Source: Gammaproteobacteria bacterium (GTDB taxonomy: Bacteria; Pseudomonadota; Gammaproteobacteria; Nitrosococcales; Methylophagaceae). Taken from it: DNA of 64,000 nt. Location: assembly GCA_029882915.1 (NCBI GenBank), contig JAOUJZ010000006.1, positions 2,115 to 66,114 of the forward strand, in the 5' to 3' direction. The translations under genes were made by a program, and so were the position numbers. A model generated the notes under the pieces. The model was not told where the DNA came from, searched no databases, and worked only from the letters and a program-made list of their open reading frames with translations. This document shows, piece by piece, positions 9,060 through 18,265 of this stretch. Within the stretch, counting starts at the first letter, position 1. The number at the start of each line of letters is the position of its first letter.

Positions 9060-9640
9060 CAATACAAAAATTATCATTAAAAGCCTTATTAACACTGCCT
9101 AATTTACTAAGTTGCTTCCGCTTTGTTAGTTCACCGGTATTGTTATGGCTGGCATGGCATGGTTACCAAGAGACATTTCTTATATTACTGGCTGTCACTC
9201 TTTTAACTGATATGCTCGACGGTTTTTTTGCCAGAATGTTAAATCAGCAAAGTGAGCTTGGTGCCTTATTAGACAGTCAAGGTGACTTGGTCATCTATAC
9301 CACGATCGCGGCATCTGTCTGGTGGTTGTGGCCCGACATTGTGCAGCGTGAACTGAGCTATGTCGTCATCGCTATAATCAGTTATTTACTGCCTGTTATC
9401 GTTGGATTTATCAAATTCGGCGCACTAACCAGTTACCACACATGGTTAGTTAAATTCGCTGCTATTAGTATGGGGCTGGCATTTTTTCTCTTATTTGTTT
9501 TTGATATTTCAGAGCCATTTCGTATTGCAGTGTTTATCTGCCTATTGGCTGCAATTGAAGAAATTATCATCACTTTTTATTTGTCTGAATTACGCTCAAA
9601 TATACGCTCACTCTGGCATGCAATAAAAAAGATGTCCTAA
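9056..9640 (+). CDS. CDP-alcohol phosphatidyltransferase (PgsA-like paralogue)
   Basis: The complete motif DMLDGFFARMLNQQSELGALLDSQGD matches D-x2-DG-x2-AR-x8-G-x3-D-x3-D. The N-terminus LPNLLSCFRF is PgsA-like. An ATGA overlap couples it to the EEP gene. Confidence 0.85.
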   Translation: MTIQKLSLKALLTLPNLLSCFRFVSSPVLLWLAWHGYQETFLILLAVTLLTDMLDGFFARMLNQQSELGALLDSQGDLVIYTTIAASVWWLWPDIVQRELSYVVIAIISYLLPVIVGFIKFGALTSYHTWLVKFAAISMGLAFFLLFVFDISEPFRIAVFICLLAAIEEIIITFYLSELRSNIRSLWHAIKKMS

Positions 9641-9645
9641 TCGTA

Positions 9646-10167
9646 CTATTTTACAGTCTTAATCAAGGGCCAGCGCTGCAAGACCTGATATTCCACACCA
9701 TCATCCACACTAACAGACTCAACTAAAACGAAACTTGTTGAGTTCCACAATATTGGCTCCACTGGGATCGTCGGTTTCAATTGGGTTCTTCGCCCCAATG
9801 TGACATGAGCCACATAGGGCCGACTATCAATCCTCACACCGGCTTCGTGCAGGATGTTGTTTATTGCATTGACCAAATCTAAAAGGGATTGTGGCTGCCG
9901 TGCACTGGTCAGGCACAAAATACCGCCTTTTGGCCATAAAGTCAGCTGGTCAAAAACAATACTGACTGGTTCAGCTATAATTTCGTTAGTGCCCTGCCTG
10001 ACAATCTGTTCAACCTCATTACTGACATTACCTAGAAATGCCAGTGTCACATGAAGATTCTCTGGTTTGTATTTCTGTAATTGATCACTTGTTATTGACT
10101 GATTTAGCGTAGCAATTTTCTTACGGATTTTATCCTCAGGCCATAGTGCTAAAAAGAGTTTTTTCAC
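9646..10167 (-). CDS. thpR: RNA 2',3'-cyclic phosphodiesterase (2H family, ThpR/LigT)
   Basis: Two H-x-T-x motifs are present: LHVTLAFLG and AHVTLGRR. The length of 173 aa fits. Confidence 0.85.
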   Translation of the reverse strand: MKKLFLALWPEDKIRKKIATLNQSITSDQLQKYKPENLHVTLAFLGNVSNEVEQIVRQGTNEIIAEPVSIVFDQLTLWPKGGILCLTSARQPQSLLDLVNAINNILHEAGVRIDSRPYVAHVTLGRRTQLKPTIPVEPILWNSTSFVLVESVSVDDGVEYQVLQRWPLIKTVK

Positions 10168-10176
10168 ATCAACAAT

Positions 10177-10947
10177 TTAATCGTGATCTCGAATAAAGAC
10201 CCAATCATCACCTTGAGACATTTCAGAACTGAAGCGATACCCTTCACTATCAAAATCTTTCATTTTTTCCGGCTCTTCAATGCGATTATCAATAATGTAG
10301 CGACACATTAGTCCTCGGGCTTTTTTGGCATAAAAACTGATCATTTTATATTGATCATTTTTCCAATCTTTAAACACAGGAGTAATGATTCTGGCTTTGA
10401 ACTTTTTGGCTTGTAGTACTTTGAAATATTCATTGGATGCCAAGTTGATCAACACCCCATCAGCCAATTCTGGTTCTGCCTCAATTGCGTCTTTTAATTG
10501 TTCTCCCCAGAACTGATACAGATCCTTGCCTCGGCTGTTTGATAGTTTAGTGCCCATTTCAAGGCGATAAGGCTGCATCAGATCAAGAGGTCTGAGTACA
10601 CCATAAAGACCGGATAATATCCTTAAGTGTTGTTGTGCAAATGCCAACTCCTGTTCATCGAGTGTATCTGCATCCAGGCCTGTATAGACATCGCCTTTAA
10701 AAGCTAAAACCGCCTGCTTGGCATTGTCCAGATCAAAGGGTGTTTTCCATGTCTGAAATCGTGCCAGATTCAATCCTGCCAGTTTGTCACTGAGCTTCAT
10801 CAACGACGCAATATCACTGGCTGAAAATTGCTTAAGTTGTTCTATCAGCAGTGCAGATTGATCAAGGTAGTCTGGCTGACTGAACGTTTTGGTAACGGGT
10901 GGCGTGTCAAAGTCCAGCGTTTTAGCTGGTGAAATAACAATAAGCAT
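10177..10947 (-). CDS. yaaA: peroxide stress protein YaaA (UPF0246)
   Basis: The N-terminus [13 protein letters not shown] and the 256-aa length are characteristic of YaaA. Confidence 0.85.
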   Translation of the reverse strand: MLIVISPAKTLDFDTPPVTKTFSQPDYLDQSALLIEQLKQFSASDIASLMKLSDKLAGLNLARFQTWKTPFDLDNAKQAVLAFKGDVYTGLDADTLDEQELAFAQQHLRILSGLYGVLRPLDLMQPYRLEMGTKLSNSRGKDLYQFWGEQLKDAIEAEPELADGVLINLASNEYFKVLQAKKFKARIITPVFKDWKNDQYKMISFYAKKARGLMCRYIIDNRIEEPEKMKDFDSEGYRFSSEMSQGDDWVFIRDHD

Positions 10948-10980
10948 AGTTTACGAATATCCGGCAATAAAAAAGACCAA

Positions 10981-11298
10981 TTACGAATTACTGTCAGTTC
11001 CTGGCGTTTGATCAGTGTCCGATTCGGATTTCCAGGGCATAAATGGAAATGGTTTGGTGTTTTCATTGTATGTCAAAAACAAAATAATCTGGCTGATATA
11101 ACGAGCCAGATCAGTCGAAAACTGGCGAATATTATCATTGGTACTGCCAGTGACAAAAACCAGAAGCAGTTGCACTATAACCACAACGGCTACGACAGGT
11201 ATTATCAGATAGAGAACGACACTGAACAAAACCATATAAATAAATCGGCCCCATTGTTCACAGCTCAAAATATTGTGTTTAAATTCTTCTTTTTCCAT
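10981..11298 (-). CDS. small membrane protein, DUF4389-like
   Basis: 105 aa with two hydrophobic helices and the C-terminal motif KPFPFMPW. It is co-directional with yaaA-thpR. The family call is from memory. Confidence 0.45.
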   Translation of the reverse strand: MEKEEFKHNILSCEQWGRFIYMVLFSVVLYLIIPVVAVVVIVQLLLVFVTGSTNDNIRQFSTDLARYISQIILFLTYNENTKPFPFMPWKSESDTDQTPGTDSNS

Positions 11299-11441
11299 AA
11301 CCGTTACTCCAGTATTGTTTTATGTTTGGAATTACTTTACCACTTCCTTTAAAAACTTCATAAAACATTCTTCACTAGAGCTTGGCGTTTATTTATGGGA
11401 CACTCTCGTGTTACTAAATTTTGTACAAACAGAACTGAAAT

Positions 11442-11969
11442 ATGAATCCAAAATACCAACCTGTCATTGCCTTTATTGATGCCATTACTGAATGGACTGG
11501 ACGTACCGCTTGCTGGTTAGTGTTAGCTCTGGTGTTATTGATTTGTTATGACGTTGCCATGCGTTATCTGTTCCAGCAAGGTTCAGTCGCCCTACAGGAA
11601 CTGGAATGGCATTTGTTTGCATTGATTTTTCTACTTGGTGCAGCCTATACCCTTAAACATGATGAGCACGTCCGAGTGGATATTGTCTATCAAAGCCGAT
11701 TTATGTCAGATAACAATCGTGCCTGGGTCAATATTCTGGGTACTCTTTTCCTGCTGTTACCATTTTGTATCCTGATGCTGGTAGCAGCGTGGCCATTTGT
11801 TGAAAATGCCTTTTATTACAATGAAGGATCACCCGATCCCGGTGGCCTGCCCTATCGGTTCCTGCTTAAGGGCAGTTTATTAATCGCCTTTTCCCTGCTC
11901 ATCTTGCAGGGAATTGCTGAAATACTCAGAAATATCATGTTTCTCCACAGCAGCATGGGAGCCAGATAA
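11442..11969 (+). CDS. TRAP transporter small permease subunit (DctQ-type)
   Basis: 175 aa with 4 TM helices. Its stop overlaps the start of the large-permease gene (ATAATG). Confidence 0.8.
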   Translation: MNPKYQPVIAFIDAITEWTGRTACWLVLALVLLICYDVAMRYLFQQGSVALQELEWHLFALIFLLGAAYTLKHDEHVRVDIVYQSRFMSDNNRAWVNILGTLFLLLPFCILMLVAAWPFVENAFYYNEGSPDPGGLPYRFLLKGSLLIAFSLLILQGIAEILRNIMFLHSSMGAR

Positions 11970-13270
11970 TGGAAATTTGGGCTTTAGTGATGTTTGCCGT
12001 GTTATTCCTGCTACTGCTGGTAGGCTTTCCTGTTGCCTTTACCCTCGGCGCTGTAGCGTTTGCCTTTGGCGGCACATTCCTTGGCATGGAATTTTTTAAC
12101 CTGTTGCCACTACGAGTCTGGGGAATCATGACCAATTTCACCCTGTTGGCTGTGCCCTTGTTTGTATTTATGGGTGTCATACTGGAAAAGTCAGGGATTG
12201 CTGAAGAGTTACTGGAAACCATGGGGCGTTTGTTTGGCCGGGTTCGTGGTGGCCTGGCTATTTCTGTTGTTGCAGTCGGTGCTTTATTAGCAGCAACTAC
12301 TGGTGTCGTAGGTGCATCTGTGGTCACAATGGCAGTCATTGCCCTACCTGCGATGTTAAAACATGGGTATGCGCCCAGCCTTGCCAGCGGCACTATCGCT
12401 GCATCCGGTACCTTAGGTCAAATTATTCCACCCAGTATTATTCTGATTTTATTAGGTGATGTGATCGGTGTGCCTGTCGGCCAGTTATTTATTGCCGCGG
12501 CAGTTCCGGGCATGATGCTGGTTCTCGCTTATATGGCCTATATTGGTTTTGTAGCATGGCGCCATCCTGAGTTGGCACCGGCTATTGAAACCGTCCCCGA
12601 TGATCAGCATCTTGCCGTTCAAGTAGCTAAAAGTCTATTTCCCCCATTAGCACTTGTACTGGCAGTATTAGGCTCTATCTTTTTTGGTGTTGCTTCACCA
12701 ACTGAATCTGCTGCCGTTGGTGCTCTGGGTGCAATGTTACTTGCCACCATCCATAAAAAATTGAACCTTGCCAACTTACGTGACGCCCTCCAACAAACCA
12801 CTCGCCTGACCAGCATGGTGTTTTTAATTCTAATTGGAGCCACTGCGTTTGGACTGGTGTTTGTTGGTATGGGTGGTGATAGCCTTATATTCGATATTTT
12901 TAACAGTCTTCCCGGCGGAAAGTGGAGCTTTCTGATTCTCAGTATGCTGTTAATCTTTGTATTGGGTTTCTTTCTGGATTTTATTGAAATTTGTTTTATT
13001 GTAGTGCCAATTATCGCACCCGTTGCCATACATATGGGACTGGATCCCTTGTGGTTTGCCCTGCTGATCGCTTTAAATCTACAAACGTCATTTTTAACGC
13101 CGCCTTTTGGCTTTTCGTTGTTTTATCTTAAAGCCAGTGCTCCTCCCACACTGAAACTGCAATCAATCTATCGTGGCATCATGCCGTTTGTAGCCATTCA
13201 ACTGATCGTGTTGGCACTACTAATCACTTTTCCAGCAATAAGCTTATGGCTACCAGGCTTAATGGAATGA
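11969..13270 (+). CDS. TRAP transporter large permease subunit (DctM-type)
   Basis: 433 aa, polytopic, with a DctM-like sequence throughout. It is coupled to the small subunit. Confidence 0.88.
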   Translation: MEIWALVMFAVLFLLLLVGFPVAFTLGAVAFAFGGTFLGMEFFNLLPLRVWGIMTNFTLLAVPLFVFMGVILEKSGIAEELLETMGRLFGRVRGGLAISVVAVGALLAATTGVVGASVVTMAVIALPAMLKHGYAPSLASGTIAASGTLGQIIPPSIILILLGDVIGVPVGQLFIAAAVPGMMLVLAYMAYIGFVAWRHPELAPAIETVPDDQHLAVQVAKSLFPPLALVLAVLGSIFFGVASPTESAAVGALGAMLLATIHKKLNLANLRDALQQTTRLTSMVFLILIGATAFGLVFVGMGGDSLIFDIFNSLPGGKWSFLILSMLLIFVLGFFLDFIEICFIVVPIIAPVAIHMGLDPLWFALLIALNLQTSFLTPPFGFSLFYLKASAPPTLKLQSIYRGIMPFVAIQLIVLALLITFPAISLWLPGLME

Positions 13271-15718
13271 TAGTTGGAGATCGTTTTTTGTAGCAGGAAA
13301 ATAAAACGCGGCAGCACCATATAACATCACTGCCAGCATAATGAGTACACTGAACCCAAATTGCATCGCAATCAGTGTGGCTAAAATAGCACTGATAACG
13401 GAAGCACAGCCATTGATGCCCCATGCCCAGGGAATCAGTTCAGCTTGGGTTTGACTGAGCCTGGCAAGCGCCAATGGAAACGGTATTCCCATACAAAAGC
13501 CCAATGGTGCAATCAATAGAATCGACAGCATATATTTTGTTAGATCTGCTTGTTGCAACAAAAATGCGGCGATCAGATCAAAATTCAGCATGTAAGTGAT
13601 GGTCAATACGGCAATCATCATAACGGGCACAACTATCGTTAATTTAGAGTCAGAGTCTGACAGTGTCCGTGAAAAATAGCTGCCTGCTCCAGCAGTTACT
13701 AGAAAAGCACTCAATACCAGCGTAATGGCATAAAGTGGGTGATGAAGGATCAGAATAAACTTCTGAATAAAAGCGATTTCAATAAACAAAAAAGCCAGTC
13801 CCAGACAGAAAAAATACACCAACACTCGCTTGTGTTGCTGACTGCCACTCTGAATACCCAATTTGTGTTTCCATAACCACAGTGGCAATGCTATCAATAA
13901 CACACTGGCAACTATCGCCTGAAAGAGTGCCGCTATCAGCAACAGATAACCACTTTCTAATAAAAACAGGCCGCCACTGTCTATCAATGAAATAATTTCT
14001 GGTAACGTCTGCCATTTAAAAAACTGTGAAAAGTATGGCTGGTCATCTGTTGCCGGTTGAATATTAAATTTGTAGGAATCTATAAAAGCCTCATACTGGT
14101 CACCTAGCAATTCCACAGCCGCCTGATATAAATAAGGCTGTTGCAGGATATTAAACTGATTAGCCTCTTGCTCATTGATGCCGGGATAAAAAACCAGGTC
14201 AAAATTACGCTCACGGCAAAACTGTTTTAGTTTTGCAATTTCAATGGCCGTGATACTGCCATTTTTCACTATTAATGTGCTGGTTTGCCAACTACGAATC
14301 ACCATTATCTGCTGTGCAGGATCTGTGGCATAGTTTTCTTCCAATACATTACTTACCATTACCAGCAGTTTGGGCATATCACGGGGTGGCAGTTTAATCC
14401 AGCGTGTCAGGGTTAAATAGCCATCAGGAGATAAGTTCTGCAGATAATTCTGTATCGCCTGTTCGGTATACAAATAATTCTCAGCCATTGAATACAGTCC
14501 CGCTGCCGAAGCACCAAATGCATCCATTAATGAAATTGAAATCAGGTCGTAACTTTTATCACTACTCATCACAAAACCACGAGCTTCAGCCGTGTGAATC
14601 GTCACTTCTGGACTGGAATAAATATCGCCAGCCAGATCGGCATACCGATCCTTAATCAAATTAATAATTTGTGGGTTCTGTTCAACGGCATCAATATGTT
14701 TCACCTTATGAAAACGTGCCTGCAGTATGTCACTGCCCGTCCCTGCTCCTAGAATAAGCACATCCGATAAAGAGGATAAATGATAGGGCAATGCAGACGT
14801 CGTTTGATCCAGATAACGAATAGGTTCAAGATTGCCATCAAAAGAGGTGATGGCTGACATATTATCGCCATCTGTAAACACCGCCAGCTGTTCTGGTGGT
14901 TCCACATCCGCATTGATACTCATCCCCGGCGCATGGCGTAAAGGCATTTGCTTTGTTTCGACGACAGAAATTAAACCCAATGGACTGGATTGCTGCTCAA
15001 TTATTCGAGTGGCTGGAATAGTAAGAAACTGGTTCTGGCTTTTATAGGGCGAAATAATCAGTGTTCCTAGATCCGGCAATAGTGCCATTGCACCTATAGC
15101 AACAACAATAATGGCACTGTTCCATTTTTTTCTATTGATATGTTGTGCAAAAGTACGGGTAGATAACAGTAATGCTGACATCAGAACCACAAACAGCAAT
15201 ACCATTAATACTTTTTCCGGAAACATCATAAACAACAACACAATAATGCCGACACTGCCCGCACCCGCACCTAACAGGTCAGAGGCATAAAGCGATGACA
15301 CCTGTTGCTGATACTGATAAAACGACAGCCCAATGACATTAGCAGCAAAAAAGAAGGGCATGGTCAGTATTAAATAAACACTGCATAAATAAAGTAATTG
15401 CACTGGATCCCATAAAATCTCAGCTGGATTAAAAGGGATCTGCTGCGCCAACAAAAAACAGGCGGGCATTGAGATACTGAGACATAGCAGATGAGCTAAA
15501 ATAACTGTCGGGAAATGACGTGTCAGTCGTTGTCGATTTAAGGCTAGAAAAACCCCACTCACGCCATACCCCAACAAAGCCAGGCTAATAATCATGTAAG
15601 CAAAATGATGCCACTGAATGATCGAAAACAGACGCATCAGTAACACTTCATACGCCAAAGCCGAGGCAGAAACAGTTGCAATAACCAGCAAATAGGATCT
15701 GGACAGATGGGAATCCAT
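13259..15718 (-). CDS. membrane-embedded spermidine synthase-like / class I SAM-dependent transferase-fold protein with two polytopic modules
   Basis: 819 aa. The N-terminal TM module contains YEVLLMRLFSIIQWHHFAYMIISLALLGYGVSG. The central soluble domain has the Rossmann motif VLILGAGTGSDIL followed by DLISISLMD. The C-terminal TM module contains IEIAFIQKFILILHHPLYAITLVLSAFLVTAGAGS and AWGINGCASV. Confidence 0.65.
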   Translation of the reverse strand: MDSHLSRSYLLVIATVSASALAYEVLLMRLFSIIQWHHFAYMIISLALLGYGVSGVFLALNRQRLTRHFPTVILAHLLCLSISMPACFLLAQQIPFNPAEILWDPVQLLYLCSVYLILTMPFFFAANVIGLSFYQYQQQVSSLYASDLLGAGAGSVGIIVLLFMMFPEKVLMVLLFVVLMSALLLSTRTFAQHINRKKWNSAIIVVAIGAMALLPDLGTLIISPYKSQNQFLTIPATRIIEQQSSPLGLISVVETKQMPLRHAPGMSINADVEPPEQLAVFTDGDNMSAITSFDGNLEPIRYLDQTTSALPYHLSSLSDVLILGAGTGSDILQARFHKVKHIDAVEQNPQIINLIKDRYADLAGDIYSSPEVTIHTAEARGFVMSSDKSYDLISISLMDAFGASAAGLYSMAENYLYTEQAIQNYLQNLSPDGYLTLTRWIKLPPRDMPKLLVMVSNVLEENYATDPAQQIMVIRSWQTSTLIVKNGSITAIEIAKLKQFCRERNFDLVFYPGINEQEANQFNILQQPYLYQAAVELLGDQYEAFIDSYKFNIQPATDDQPYFSQFFKWQTLPEIISLIDSGGLFLLESGYLLLIAALFQAIVASVLLIALPLWLWKHKLGIQSGSQQHKRVLVYFFCLGLAFLFIEIAFIQKFILILHHPLYAITLVLSAFLVTAGAGSYFSRTLSDSDSKLTIVVPVMMIAVLTITYMLNFDLIAAFLLQQADLTKYMLSILLIAPLGFCMGIPFPLALARLSQTQAELIPWAWGINGCASVISAILATLIAMQFGFSVLIMLAVMLYGAAAFYFPATKNDLQLSFH

Positions 15719-15720
15719 CG

Positions 15721-16473
15721 TTAATGTTTCCCCGTCAATGGAACAAACTTCACGGGTAAAATCTGTTTGGTCGTGACATTGTTTTCAGCATCTTTTATCA
15801 CTAACACCAGATGTTGAAGCATAAATCGGCTTCCCACAGGGATGATCATCCGACCACCCGGCTTTAATTGTTTGATTAATGGTGGAGGAATATGGCTGGC
15901 TGCCGCCGTGACAATAATGGAATCAAATGGTGCCTCTGATTCCCAGCCGTAATAACCGTCACCTTTTCTGGTGGAGATTTGACCATAACCAGTGCGCTCA
16001 AGATCCATTGCAGCCCGTTTAGCCAGTTCATCAACGATCTCAATGCTGTATACACTGTCCACCAGCTCTGCCAGCACCGCCGCCTGATACCCAGATCCTG
16101 TCCCTATTTCAAGCACTCGATCTGTTTTTTTTAACCGCAAAAGATCGGTCATGATGGCAACCACAGCGGGCTGAGAAATAGTCTGACCAAAGCCAATAGG
16201 AAGAGGTCTATTTTTATAAGCCCAACGACGTTGATTTCCCGGAACAAACTCATGTCTTGGCACTGTACGAATTGCTTCCAGCACCGCTGTATCAAGTCGA
16301 TCTTTTTCCAGAAATTCGCTGCTTAATTGAACATCTTCTTTAATAAGGTCAACTAAGTGATCACGCTGTTGTTGATATTCGTCTGCTGCTTCAATATTTC
16401 CTGCCAGTAGCAACAGAATAAAACTCACAATGAATGTTTTATAAACAGGATTTTGTTTTATTTCCAACATCAC
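15721..16473 (-). CDS. pcm: protein-L-isoaspartate O-methyltransferase with an N-terminal signal peptide or anchor
   Basis: Motifs TISQPAVVAIMTDLL, VLEIGTGSGYQAAVLAEL and FDSIIVTAAASHIPPPLIKQLKPGGRMIIPVG are present. An extra N-terminal segment of about 40 aa, KTFIVSFILLLLAGNIEA/ADE, looks like a signal peptide. Confidence 0.85.
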   Translation of the reverse strand: MMLEIKQNPVYKTFIVSFILLLLAGNIEAADEYQQQRDHLVDLIKEDVQLSSEFLEKDRLDTAVLEAIRTVPRHEFVPGNQRRWAYKNRPLPIGFGQTISQPAVVAIMTDLLRLKKTDRVLEIGTGSGYQAAVLAELVDSVYSIEIVDELAKRAAMDLERTGYGQISTRKGDGYYGWESEAPFDSIIVTAAASHIPPPLIKQLKPGGRMIIPVGSRFMLQHLVLVIKDAENNVTTKQILPVKFVPLTGKH

Positions 16474-16638
16474 ACCCTCCTGATTAACATCGCTTATCAG
16501 TCAGCATATAAACCAGTAGCTCTATATTAATACTATAGGCCTTTATGAATAGGATATGAATGAAAAGAGTAAGGAAAAGGCTTGTTATTGATCATACTTA
16601 ATCAAGGATGCTTTTTTAGTACATCAAGCCAAAGACAG

Positions 16639-17628
16639 TCAGGCGCGTTCATAATCAAAACTCAACACCTTTTGAATAGAGCTCTTGTTGATAGCCAGCA
16701 TCATTAAACGATCAAGTCCTAAAGCGACACCAGAACAAGGCGGCAGACCATGCTGCATGGCTGCTAACAGGTGCTGATCTATTGGCATTTCAGGTTTGCC
16801 CTGACTGCGGCGTTGCTGGTTATCATTATTAAACCGTCGTCGTAATTCATCGACATCCAATAATTCATTATAACCATTGGCTATTTCTACACCATCGATA
16901 TAAAGTTCAAAGCGCTCAGCCACATCATTACCAGATTCATCCTTTTTGACTTTGGCTAGTTGTGCTTGTGAAGCAGGAAAATCGTAGATAAAAACAGGAA
17001 ATTTCATGGCTGCCAATCTAGGTTCTACCACGTGACTCATTAACAATTCTAACCAACCATCACGATCGGTTTCAAAGTCAGCAGGTAAGCCTTTTATGCG
17101 TTCAAGAGAGCAATGTTTAATCGTATCATCGGAACAACTAAACACATTAAGTTTAAAATAAAACTCAAAAAGTCCACGGTAACTTAACCGTGAAATAGGT
17201 TTAAAAACAAATACCTGTTGCAGCAGTATATTCACTTCATCCATCAACTGGTTCAATGTCAGCTCAGGTCGATACCATTCCAGCATGGTAAATTCAGGAG
17301 AGTGATACTTTCCTTGTTCACCATTTCGAAATACACGCGCAATTTGAAAGATAGATCCTGAGCCTGCCGCCAGCAATCGCTTCATCGCAAATTCGGGCGA
17401 AGTTTGCAGATAATGTGTTTGTTTTGATTGTGCGCCTATCGGAACATAGTCTGTAGAAAAACTATCCAGATACGGCGCTGTAGGCGCTGCTCGAGATAAT
17501 ATAGGTGTTTCGACTTCCCATACATCGCGCTCAGCAAAAAAATGGCGGACATCAGACAAATACTGAGCCCGCCGTTTTAATGTATCTATATTAGCTGTAG
17601 GTTGCCAATTTTTTGCATCTTCATTCAT
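16639..17628 (-). CDS. epmA: EF-P--(R)-beta-lysine ligase (EpmA/PoxA/GenX)
   Basis: 329 aa. It is a class II LysRS catalytic-core paralogue without an anticodon-binding domain, and it is adjacent to efp. Confidence 0.88.
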   Translation of the reverse strand: MNEDAKNWQPTANIDTLKRRAQYLSDVRHFFAERDVWEVETPILSRAAPTAPYLDSFSTDYVPIGAQSKQTHYLQTSPEFAMKRLLAAGSGSIFQIARVFRNGEQGKYHSPEFTMLEWYRPELTLNQLMDEVNILLQQVFVFKPISRLSYRGLFEFYFKLNVFSCSDDTIKHCSLERIKGLPADFETDRDGWLELLMSHVVEPRLAAMKFPVFIYDFPASQAQLAKVKKDESGNDVAERFELYIDGVEIANGYNELLDVDELRRRFNNDNQQRRSQGKPEMPIDQHLLAAMQHGLPPCSGVALGLDRLMMLAINKSSIQKVLSFDYERA

Positions 17629-17643
17629 TCTAAATGCAATGCA

Positions 17644-18213
17644 TTAATCTTTGGCTCGCTCAACATATTCGCCACTGCGCGTATCAATGCGTAATACATC
17701 ACCGATATTCATAAATAATGGAACACGTACAACCGCGCCCGTTTCCAACGTTGCTGGTTTGCCACCTGTACCCGCCGTGTCACCTTTCAATCCAGGATCC
17801 GTATCTATCACGGCCAAATTAACAAAATTAGGGGCTGTCACTAATAAAGGTGTGCCATTCCATAATGTGACGGTATAAAGATATTGTTCTTTTAACCATT
17901 TTTTACAATCTTCAATCGCATTCTCATCTGCAGCATGTTGCTCAAATGTATTGGGATCCATGAAATACCAGAACTCACCATCGGTATAGGAATATTCCAG
18001 TTCGACTTCCATGACATCTGCACCTTCAACGCTGTCGCCTGATTTGAAGGTACGCTCATTGACACGACCGGTTTTCAGATTACGATATTTAACACGATTA
18101 AACGCCTGTCCCTTACCAGGTTTAACCAGTTCATTTTCGATAATGCTGCATGGGTCACCATCTAATATAAATTTGAGTCCGGATTTAAATTCATTTGTAC
18201 TAAAATTTGCCAT
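17644..18213 (-). CDS. efp: translation elongation factor P
   Basis: 189 aa. The KPGKGQAF loop carries the modifiable Lys34. Confidence 0.95.
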   Translation of the reverse strand: MANFSTNEFKSGLKFILDGDPCSIIENELVKPGKGQAFNRVKYRNLKTGRVNERTFKSGDSVEGADVMEVELEYSYTDGEFWYFMDPNTFEQHAADENAIEDCKKWLKEQYLYTVTLWNGTPLLVTAPNFVNLAVIDTDPGLKGDTAGTGGKPATLETGAVVRVPLFMNIGDVLRIDTRSGEYVERAKD

Positions 18214-18265
18214 GGCAACCTCTTTTAGGGGACGATCGTCGTCTATAAAAAAATCAAAGCTTAAT

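Noticed and set aside
11935-13029. Minus-strand ORFs of 152 aa (11935-12393) and 136 aa (12619-13029) antisense to the TRAP large permease
   Set aside because: Their composition (Ala/Pro/Thr/Arg/Asn runs) is typical of reverse-frame translation of a membrane-protein gene. They have no motifs and no start context.
18011-18265. N-terminal 85 codons of the listed 420-aa ORF for epmB
   Set aside because: This part overlaps efp on the opposite strand and has no EpmB-like sequence. The conserved protein begins at ATG 18266 (MIPQTQ...).
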